The translations under genes were made by a program, and so were the position numbers. The notes beneath the pieces are model-generated. The model saw nothing but the letters and a program-made list of their open reading frames with translations. It ran no database searches and was not told the DNA's origin. DNA of 64,000 nt, from contig OX597821.1 of NCBI GenBank assembly GCA_951406725.2, positions 3,286,001-3,350,000 on the forward strand. The letters run 5' to 3'. This document shows, piece by piece, positions 41,314-52,853 of the stretch. Positions within the stretch are counted from its first letter, which is position 1, and every line of letters begins with the position of its first letter. The stretch is from Octopus vulgaris (taxonomy: Eukaryota).

Positions 41314-42161
41314 ACATGTATATTAATATTTATGTGCAAATTTGCAAAATGGACACAGACAAAGATATAACGGCAAATGCATATACTAGTATATCATAAT
41401 TCTTTCTAGATGCCATACACATTTTAACAGAAATTGCGATGGCTTGTTGCTTTAATATTCTGCCAAATTCCGATGTTCTGTGTTTGAGATTCCTCGCTTT
41501 TCTATTTTAGCACTCAATTAAATACTTAAACAAATTCTGCAGTAATTATTTTTAGAAATCTAAAGCCCCAGATGTTACAACTGTAGACAATTATCAATTT
41601 AATATCGGTGCTTCCGATCTCATTTAGCATTTTACAGAATGCTGATGTCGCATCTATTGACTGATTTCGAGTACAGTCCATAGTTTCGTTTCACCATCTT
41701 CTACGTTGTTAGCTCCTGTTTTTTTTCCCCACTGTACTTGATGAGTACGTAAACAGATTGGATGCATGCTTCTCTGGGTTTGGTCAAATTGATTTTGGGC
41801 CATTTTCGTGGGAACCCTATGACATGCAAATATAGATTAGATTTCTTCATCGTAGTTGTTTTGAATATATGGAGAAAAAGGGAAATTAGCCCTATAAATC
41901 TTCTATATAAGTTAGATATCATGTGGACAGTGTCTAATGATTGTGCTAGGACACCGGAAATGTTAATAAATACTCTTTGAGTCGTTCTCAGCGCAAACAA
42001 TTAATAGTAGCACATAAAAACACATTGAATGCATATATGTGTGTTTGTATTGTGTGTGTGTGTATTAATGTATCTGTATTGGTTGTATATCTGCATATAA
42101 ATGAATGCATGTGTTTGCGGAAGTGTATAATTATGTGAGTGTTTGTGAATGTGTTTTGTTG

Positions 42162-42192
<31 letters not shown>

Positions 42193-42275
42193 GGTCCCGG
42201 GTTGATTCGGGGTTAACCACAGTAAGTAAGGTACTCAATACATAGCAGAGTAAAATTAATTTATTATATAGAAGG

Positions 42276-42326
42276 AGCTTCTACAGGACTAGTACTGTTT
42301 CATTCAAGAGAAATCTTCAGGAAGCT
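42276..42326 (-). ncRNA. PLE minimal type I hammerhead ribozyme, copy 1
   Basis: AGCTTC CTGAAGA T-TTC-TCTT-GAA-T GAAA CAG-TACTAGTC-CTG TA GAAGCT. Confidence 0.85.
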
Positions 42327-42770
42327 ATTTAACAAGAATTGTATTAGCATTTATACATTTAGGCAGGTTTAAAGGAGTGGTGGTGGGGGACTTTTTGGGG
42401 GTAGGCATAGCGCAAAATATCATACTCGGGGGAGTGGTCAAGGAGTCAGTGGTAAGTTAGATGAAAGAATAGATAAATAAAATAGATAAATAAAAAAAAT
42501 AAAAATAAAAAATAAAAAAATAAAAAATAAAAAATAAAAAATAAAAAAATAAAATAAAATAAAAAAAAATAAAAAAATAAAAAATAAAAAATATAAAAAA
42601 TATATATAAAAAATATATATATAAAATATATATATATATAAAAAAAATATAAAAAAATATATATATAAAAAAGGGGGGATAGAGTTATAGGTAAATAAGG
42701 AGATTCTCACTTATACCTATACACACATGTATACGTATCTACACACACATACATACATACACATATATAT

Positions 42771-42825
<55 letters not shown>

Positions 42826-43211
42826 CCTACACATACACACATACATACATACAAATATACATATACATATATATATATATATACAATCCAATACAGGCCC
42901 ATTCCCTAATTTTAATTTTATTATCTTCATTTATTACTTTTGTTATCTTTGATCGCTAGGGCTAAGAATCCTGGCAATGGCTGCCTGTCCATTTGTCTGT
43001 CTACTAGAAGGCAAGTACTCATTCCCGCACGCACACTCATTAGCACGTACATTCACCCATTCGTACACTCATACACATACACGTACGCACGCGTTATATT
43101 CATACATACAAACATCTACATACGTTCACGTATAGACACATACCTACTCGCACCTACAGATTCGTGTCTACACTTTAGGAGTCTAGTCTATACATATACA
43201 CCAATAAATAT

Positions 43212-43242
<31 letters not shown>

Positions 43243-43296
43243 CCCGCATATACATACACACACACACATATATATACTCCTACATACAGATACATA

Positions 43297-43350
<54 letters not shown>

Positions 43351-43530
43351 CATACACATACACACATACATATACACACACATACATACACATATATATA
43401 CATACACACACATATATACACACATATATATATACATACACACATACACACATACATACGTATACATACATACATACATCCATACATCCATACTTACATG
43501 CATTTATACGCATACACACACCCATCTATA

Positions 43531-43567
<37 letters not shown>

Positions 43568-43846
43568 TCACACATACATATACAAATCTACGCACACACA
43601 TACATACATACACGTATACGCATACACGCACATACACATATACATGCGTACCCATACACGTGCACACACGCACGCGCATCCATATATATACACACACACA
43701 CATATATATATACACGTGTGCAAGCATACATACATACTCATACGCGCACACATACTTACAAATACATATATGCACACACTTACACACATATATATACATA
43801 CACATATACATGCATACATACATATATGCATACATACACACACGCA

Positions 43847-43902
<56 letters not shown>

Positions 43903-44504
43903 TATATACATATATAGACATATATACACATACATACACATACACATACATACACACATATACACACATATATATATATATATATATATACACATACATA
44001 TATACACATATACATACATATACATACACACACACATACATATATACATATACACTGATACACATACCCATACATACACATGCATATACTTATATCACTA
44101 CATACTCACATATATAAACATATATACATATACACACATACATATATACATGTACATACACATACGTATGCATATATACATATATATATACATATATATA
44201 CACACATATATATATATATACATATATATACACACACACACACACATACATGTACACATATACATGTATACATACGCAAAAATGATACACATATATACAC
44301 ATACACACACACAGACAGATGCATATACATACATATATATATATAAACTACATATCTATATAAATACATACATAATACACATATACACACACATATATAT
44401 ACATTCATGCATATACATATACAAGTATACATACACATACATACACACACACACGCACACATACATATACACACACACATATACAAATACATACATACAC
44501 ACAT

Positions 44505-44545
<41 letters not shown>

Positions 44546-44912
44546 CATGTACACATATACATATGTATATATATATCAACAAGGGAGGGTAAAGTTAATT
44601 AGTTATTAATCAATTTCATCAAGTGTTCAGTATGTAAAGGGACCATTATTATTTTGAGTAAACAATGTTAGAGGGAAAAAAATTCTCTAAGTAGTGGAAG
44701 AGGCTAAAAAACTTTATTGGCTGCTATTTCTAGAAAGTTTAGTATGTGGCAAAGTAATTTATTTTATTTTCCTAAGCCCTAATTATATAATATTTTATAC
44801 ATACATACACATACATAAGCACATACATTTACACATACATATGCATATACATATATACACACATACATACAAACACATATACACATATACACACACACAC
44901 ACATATACAAGC

Positions 44913-44957
<45 letters not shown>

Positions 44958-45195
44958 CAAATATATATACATATATATTTTTTTACATGCATACATACAC
45001 ACACACACACATAATACATGCGTATATTCCTACTGTACCCATGCATTTCTATACATATATACATACATACATACGATACACATATACAAACGTGCACATA
45101 TAATATGTGAAAGGTCTTAGGAGAAAAGGTAATCGGGGGTGCTAGGGGAACAGTGGGGTTGGGGGGGGTTGTAGGGGGGTTGTAGGGGGGTGTCA

Positions 45196-47335
45196 TCAAT
45201 CAGGTTGCCGGGTAGGTCTATAGTTCTTGTAGTTCGCATACTTCTTATGCATACAATTTGGGGAGTGTTCTGAAAATTTGTTAAGGAGAGGGCCTTTGGC
45301 GAACAAGATCTCTAGGCTCTCTGATATGCATAGGTCACAGCAGGTATGTCCTCCTGTGTACGAGCGCGCCTTCTGTAGTAGTTTCCACTTGGTCTTGAAG
45401 GGGATTGAGTTCCTTTTAAGGTACCAGATGTGGGCGGCGAGGGTAGTTTGGTTGGATTTATCCTGTCGCCGGAACGAGTGTGTATGTGCATACCAGCGGG
45501 TCTTAAAGCTGTTTGACGTCATTCCAATGTAGGATTTACTTTTATCGTCAAGGCCTGATCTTACCTCGCATTTATATACTAGGTCCCTCTGTAGGCAGTT
45601 GTTGTTGAGGGGGCAGGTGGTTTTATCATGGCAGTTGCAATTGCTATCGGACGTTGGATGGGCCCCGGAGAAAGTAGATATGTTAAGTTTTTTCACATTG
45701 TTGTTGGCTAGGTTCCTGGCTAGGTTGGGCGTGGTAGAGTAGGAGAGTCTAATAGTGTTCTTATTTAGGATAGTGTAGTACTTATGTTGGGTGGGGAAGT
45801 GTTTCTGTAGGAGAGTGAAAAAGATCTTAGCTACAGGTGTAGCGACCTCACGGTTGAAGGGGGGTTGTACCAGCTAATGTGTCTTCGTCTATTTTTCCTG
45901 GGTTGGCGTGGGGCTATACTAGTGTAGGTAATCTTATCTTTAAAACCACTGCGGGCCAGGGCCTCGTTGTAATAGGGGGCTGCGGCCTTAAAGATATCTT
46001 CCGTGGCGGACAGGCTAGAGATTCTAATTGAGACACTTTTTACTAGGTTATCTAATATATTTCTGGGGTGGTTGGAATTGATATCTATATATCTAAGGGA
46101 TTCATTTGGTTTGTGGTACGGGTAATAAAGTGAGGTTTTTAAGTCGAGGGTGACATCTAGGAAGTTAGCCTTAGTTAAGTTGGATTCTAGGGTAATCCTA
46201 AGGCCTAAGTTTTTAAAGAAGGTGTGAAGATTTTTCCGGAACCCATCCGTGGTCCTGGGGTTTATATTGTGGAGGGCGAAAAGGCCGTCATCTCGGTAAA
46301 GACCACCGGAGAGGCCTGTGAATAGGGTTTTCAGCCTATGGAGGATGAAAAGGCCCACTAGGTCACTTATTTCAGCAGAGTCGTTAGCACCCATGCTGAC
46401 GTCGAAGGGGGTCACAGATTTTTTGTTGATCCAGTGGGATCCGTCATAGAAAAGAAAAGTCTTACGTGCGTGGAGGATCACATCTTGCTCGGCCTCGGTG
46501 ATGGTGGAGGACCTCCTGGCGAAGTTAATCGCATCGATCAGCAAGCTCTCCGATATAGAGGCGTAGTAATCCTCGATATCCAGTTGTAGGAATCGGGTGT
46601 TGCTTTTATCTGGTAAATCCCGGAACCAAGTTATTGCCTCGGAGGTCCTATTCCAGAGTGGAAGGGTGAAGCTTCACGCATTTTTGGTAAAATCCTGTCC
46701 AAGATCTTCTTGCTGACGGATCCGATGTCAGACTTGGTTGGGTTGATCAAACGGACCGACGGTTTATTTTCGAAATGGTCTTTGTGGTCTTTCAGGGTGA
46801 AGTGTGGGGACTTCACCCTCAGGGGTTCTGTTCGGTCGTCGATTTTAAGGGAGGTGGCAATCTCTTTCCCGGCCAAGTTGGTTTCAGTTAGCGCTACGTC
46901 GTCTACTTTCTTGTATTTAGCTGTGATGGCGTTATCGGCTAGTCTATTATAGGTATCCGGAGTCACCGCGTAAATATTTTTTGTCTTGTCCGAAGGGACA
47001 TGGAGGTTCTGGGAGCTTTTCATTTTCGAAAGCTTCGCATTCAGTTCCGTTTGGAAAGGTAAGTTGACTCTCCTGAATTTGATGTTTTTTATCATGAGGA
47101 AGAGGTCTTCTTCAAACGGTTCAAGTAGGCTGTTGGTAGGAGGGGCCTTATTTGATTTGAAGCCGTACTTATCATTACTGGTAGATGCTACATCAGGGTT
47201 GTCGAAGAAGAAAGATCTCCATCGAATTCTTTTGATGAACTCATCAGTCCGTCTAATGAGGGCTTTTTGGTACTGTTTCCTTGGTGGGATAGTAATGTTC
47301 TTCAGGGAAGTGTCGAGGTCGATTCTTGTCAGCAT
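45196..47335 (-). CDS. PLE polyprotein: reverse transcriptase plus C-terminal GIY-YIG endonuclease (about 713 aa; two 1-nt frameshifts as assembled)
   Basis: SDKT, VRLINP, FLQLDIEDYYASI, VSMGA, GLYRDDG (YRDD at 46287-46298), NFLDVTL, SNHP, WYNPP, CNCHDKTTC, LVY...SYIGMT...FKTRW, KW, CDLC, LLNK. Frameshifts at 46664-46666 and 45859-45864. Confidence 0.93.
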
Positions 47336-47466
47336 TTTTCTTGGTGATGGTTATAAGGGCACTAGGGTGTGCTAAGATATGTAGTTCCCGGGTTGATTCG
47401 GGGTTAACCACAGTAAGTAAGGTACTCAATACATAGCAGAGTAAAATTAATTTATTATATAGAAGG

Positions 47467-47517
47467 AGCTTCTACAGGACTAGTACTGTTTCATTCAAGA
47501 GAAATCTTCAGGAAGCT
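47467..47517 (-). ncRNA. PLE minimal type I hammerhead ribozyme, copy 2
   Basis: Identical to 42276-42326. Predicted cut 137 nt upstream of the ORF ATG. Confidence 0.85.
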
Positions 47518-47953
47518 ATTTAACAAGAATTGTATTAGCATTTATACATTTAGAGGAGTGGTGGTGGGGGACTTTTTGGGGGGTAGGCATAGCGCAAAAT
47601 ATCATACTTGGGGGAGTGGTCAAGGAGTCAGTGGAAGTTAGATGAAAGAATAGATAAATAAAATAGATAAATAAAAAAAATAATAAATAAAAAAAATAAA
47701 AAAATAAAAAATAAAAAATAAAAAATAAAAAAATAAAATAAAATAAAAAAATAAAAAAATAAAAAAATAAAAAATATAAAAAATATATATAAAAAATATA
47801 TATATATAAAATATATATATATAAATATAAATATAAAAAAATATATATATAAAAAGGGGGGATAGAGTTATAGGTAAATAAGGAGATTCTCACTTATACC
47901 TATACACACATGTATACGTATCTACACACACATACGCACATACACATATATCT

Positions 47954-48008
<55 letters not shown>

Positions 48009-48472
48009 CCTACACATACACACATACATACATACAAATATACATATACATATATATATATATATACAATCCAATACAGGCCCATTCCCTAATTTTAATT
48101 TTATTATCTTCATTTATTACTTTTGTTATCTTTGATCGCTAGGGCTAAGAATCCTGGCAATAGCTGCTTGTCCGTTTGTCTGTCTACTAGAAGGCAAGTA
48201 CTCATTCCCGCACGCACACTCATTAGCACGTACATTCACCCATTCGTACACTCATACACATACACGTACGCACGCGTTATATTCATACATACAAACATCT
48301 ACATACGTTCACGTATATACACATACGTACTCGTACCTACAGATTCGTGTCTACACTTTAGGAGGCTAGTCTATACATATACACCAATAAATATACATAT
48401 ATAAATATATATATATATATATATACCCGCATATACATACACACACACACATATATATACTCACACATACAG

Positions 48473-48539
<67 letters not shown>

Positions 48540-48734
48540 CACATACATACACATACACACATACACATACACACACATACATACACATATATATATACAT
48601 ACACAAACATATATACACACACATATATATACATACACACATACACACATACATACGTATACATACATACATACATCTATACATCCATACTTACATGCAT
48701 TTATACGCATACACACACCCATCTATATATATGT

Positions 48735-48765
<31 letters not shown>

Positions 48766-49040
48766 TCACACATACATATACAAATCTACGCACACACATA
48801 CATACATACACGTATACGCATACACGCACATACACATATACATGCGTACCCATACACGTGCACACACGCACGCGCATCCATATAAACACACACACACATA
48901 TATATACACGTGTGCAAACATACATACATACTCATACGCGCACACATACTTACAAATACATATATGCACACACTTACACACATATATATACATACACATA
49001 TACATGCATACATACATATATTCATACATACACACACTCA

Positions 49041-49090
<50 letters not shown>

Positions 49091-49149
49091 TATATACATA
49101 TATAGACATATATACACATACATACACATACACATACATACACACATAT

Positions 49150-49192
<43 letters not shown>

Positions 49193-49706
49193 TACATATA
49201 TACACATATACATACATATACATACACACACACATACATATATACATATACACTGATACACATACCCATACATACACATGCATATACTTATATCACTACA
49301 TACTCACATATATAAACATATATACATATACACACATACATATATACATGTACATACACATACGTATGCATATATACATATATATACATACACATATATA
49401 CACACATATATATATATATATATACACATACACACACACACACACACATACATGTACACATATACATGTATACATACGCAAAAATGATACACATATATAC
49501 ACATACACACACACAGACAGATGCATATACATACATATATATATATAAACTACATATCTATATAAATACATACATAATACACATATACACACACATATAT
49601 ATACATTCATGCATATACATATACAAGTATACATACACATACATACACACACACACGCACACATACATATACACACACACATATACAAATACATACATAC
49701 ACACAT

Positions 49707-49741
<35 letters not shown>

Positions 49742-50111
49742 CATACATGTACACATATACATATGTATATATATATCAACAAGGGAGGGTAAAGTTAATT
49801 AGTTATTAATCAATTTCATCAAGTGTTCAGTATGTAAAGGGACCATTATTATTTTGAGTAAACAATGTTAGAGGGAAAAAATTCTCTAAGTAGTGGAAGA
49901 GGCTAAAAAACTTTATTGGCTGCTATTTCTAGAAAGTTTAGTATGTGGCAAAGTAATTTATTTTATTTTCCTAAGCCCTAATTATATAATATTTTATACA
50001 TACATACACATACATAAGCACATACATTTACACATACATATGCATATACATATATACACATATACATACAAACACATATACACATATACACACACACACA
50101 CATATACAAGC

Positions 50112-50154
<43 letters not shown>

Positions 50155-50405
50155 CAAATATATATACATATATATTTTTTTACATGCATACATACACACA
50201 CACACACATAATACATGCGTATATTCCTACTGTACCCATGCATTTCTATACATATATACATACATACATACGATACACATATACAAACGTGCACATATAA
50301 TATGTGAAAGGTCTTAGGAGAAAAGGTAATCGGGGGTGCTAGGGGAACAGTGGGGTTGGGGGGAGTTGTAGGGGGGGGGTTGTAGGGGGGTTGTAGGGGG
50401 TGTCA

Positions 50406-52220
50406 TCAATCAGGTTGCCGGGTAGGTCTATAGTTCTTGTAGTTCGCATACTTCTTATGCATACAATTTGGGGAGTGTTCTGAAAATTTGTTAAGGAGAG
50501 GGCCTTTGGCGAACAAGATCTCTAGGCTCTCTGATATGCATAGGTCACAGCAGGTATGTCCTCCTGTGTACGAGCGCGCCTTCTGTAGTAGTTTCCACTT
50601 GGTCTTGAAGGGGATTGAGTTCCTTTTAAGGTACCAGATGTGGGCGGCGAGGGTAGTTTGGTTGGATTTATCCTGTCGCCGGAACGAGTGTGTATGTGCA
50701 TACCAGCGGGTCTTAAAGCTGTTTGACGTCATTCCAATGTAGGATTTACTTTTATCGTCAAGGCCTGATCTTACCTCGCATTTATATACTAGGTCCCTCT
50801 GTAGGCAGTTGTTGTTGAGGGGGCAGGTGGTTTTATCATGGCAGTTGCAATTGCTATCGGACGTTGGATGGGCCCCGGAGAAAGTAGATATGTTAAGTTT
50901 TTTCACATTGTTGTTGGCTAGGTTCCTGGCTAGGTTGGGCGTGGTAGAGTAGGAGAGTCTAATAGTGTTCTTATTTAGGATAGTGTAGTACTTATGTTGG
51001 GTGGGGAAGTGTTTCTGTAGGAGAGTGAAAAAGATCTTAGCTACAGGTGTAGCGACCTCACGGTTGAAGGGGGGTTGTACCAGCTAATGTGTCTTCGTCT
51101 ATTTTTCCTGGGTTGGCGTGGGGCTATACTAGTGTAGGTAATCTTATCTTTAAAACCACTGCGGGCCAGGGCCTCGTTGTAATAGGGGGCTGCGGCCTTA
51201 AAGATATCTTCCGTGGCGGACAGGCTAGAGATTCTAATTGAGACACTTTTTACTAGGTTATCTAATATATTTCTGGGGTGGTTGGAATTGATATCTATAT
51301 ATCTAAGGGATTCATTTGGTTTGTGGTACGGGTAATAAAGTGAGGTTTTTAAGTCGAGGGTGACATCTAGGAAGTTAGCCTTAGTTAAGTTGGATTCTAG
51401 GGTAATCCTAAGGCCTAAGTTTTTAAAGAAGGTGTGAAGATTTTTCCGGAACCCATCCGTGGTCCTGGGGTTTATATTGTGGAGGGCGAAAAGGCCGTCA
51501 TCTCGGTAAAGACCACCGGAGAGGCCTGTGAATAGGGTTTTCAGCCTATGGAGGATGAAAAGGCCCACTAGGTCACTTATTTCAGCAGAGTCGTTAGCAC
51601 CCATGCTGACGTCGAAGGGGGTCACAGATTTTTTGTTGATCCAGTGGGATCCGTCATAGAAAAGAAAAGTCTTACGTGCGTGGAGGATCACATCTTGCTC
51701 GGCCTCGGTGATGGTGGAGGACCTCCTGGCGAAGTTAATCGCATCGATCAGCAAGCTCTCCGATATAGAGGCGTAGTAATCCTCGATATCCAGTTGTAGG
51801 AATCGGGTGTTGCTTTTATCTGGTAAATCCCGGAACCAAGTTATTGCCTCGGAGGTCCTATTCCAGAGTGGAAGGGTGAAGCTTCACGCATTTTTGGTAA
51901 AATCCTGTCCAAGATCTTCTTGCTGACGGATCCGATGTCAGACTTGGTTGGGTTAATCAAACGGACCGACGGTTTATTTTCGAAATGGTCTTTGTGGTCT
52001 TTCAGGGTGAAGTGTGGGGACTTCACCCTCAGGGGTTCTGTTCGGTCGTCGATTTTAAGGGAGGTGGCAATCTCTTTCCCGGCCAAGTTGGTTTCAGTTA
52101 GCGCTACGTCGTCTACTTTCTTGTATTTAGCTGTGATGGCGTTATCGGCTAGTCTATTATAGGTATCCGGAGTCACCGCGTAAATATTTTTTGTCTTGTC
52201 CGAAGGGACATGGAGGTTCT
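50406..52220 (-). pseudogene. 5'-truncated second copy of the PLE RT-GIY-YIG ORF
   Basis: Matches 45196-47010 with the same two frameshifts. One synonymous difference noticed (46745 vs 51955). Lacks the first 325 nt of the ORF. Confidence 0.93.
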
Positions 52221-52457
52221 TATTTTTTTTATTTATCTATTTTATTTATCTATTCTTTCATCTAACTTACCACTGACTCCTTGACCACTCCCCCGAGTAT
52301 GATATTTTGCGCTATGCCTACCCCCAAAAAGTCCCCCACCACCACTCCTTTAAACCTGCCTAAATGTATAAATGCTAATACAATTCTTGTTAAATAGCTT
52401 CCTGAAGATTTCTCTTGAATGAAACAGCACTAGTCCTGTAGAAGCTCCTTCTATATA

Positions 52458-52463
<6 letters not shown>
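52221..52463 (+). repeat. Inverted PLE terminal repeat (pseudo-LTR fragment)
   Basis: Reverse complement of 42259-42501. Confidence 0.93.
52396..52446 (+). ncRNA. PLE minimal type I hammerhead ribozyme, copy 3 (inverted)
   Basis: AGCTTC CTGAAGA TTTCTCTTGAAT GAAA CAG-CACTAGTC-CTG TA GAAGCT. One loop change relative to copies 1 and 2. Confidence 0.85.
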
Positions 52464-52497
<34 letters not shown>

Positions 52498-52499
<2 letters not shown>

Positions 52500-52790
52500 A
52501 GACAATGTCCCAGTAGTTAGGGCAGTGGTCTCGCGGTTGTAGGGCCACTTTTTCGATTCCCAGACCGAGTGTTGTGAGTGTTTATTGAGCGAAAACACCT
52601 AAAGCTCTACGAGGCTCAGGCAGGGGCTGATGGCGATCCCTGCTGTACTCTTTCGCCACAATTTCTGAGTTGGCGTGCTAGCTTAGCCAGCGAGGTAGCG
52701 TCGTATGAAGGCTAAAACAATGCGAAGCGCATTCTGACGAGTGATGTGTAGCAACATCTGTTAAACTGGTCGGTCACGGTGATCACGGCG
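52498..52790 (+). mobile_element. tRNA-derived SINE (same subfamily as 11818-12102)
   Basis: Colinear homology including the GGCTAAAACAATG...GGTCACGGTGATCACG tail. Confidence 0.8.
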
Positions 52791-52813
52791 ATATATATAT
52801 ACCAACAAAAACG

Positions 52814-52853
<40 letters not shown>

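Larger units (their letters stand above)
42190..52463 (-). mobile_element. Penelope-like retroelement: full copy (42190-47380), 5'-truncated tandem copy (47381-52220) and inverted terminal repeat (52221-52463)
   Basis: 5.19-kb direct repeat, RT plus GIY-YIG ORF, HHR in each terminal repeat, (TA)n on both flanks. Confidence 0.95.

Noticed and set aside
42940-44602. Long ORFs of 325, 294 and 157 aa rich in YI/HT, and similar ones across the window
   Set aside because: They are translations of (TA)n/(CA)n microsatellites that lack stop codons and show no protein motif.
45278-47375. Plus-strand ORFs overlapping the PLE
   Set aside because: Antisense shadows of the RT/EN coding sequence.
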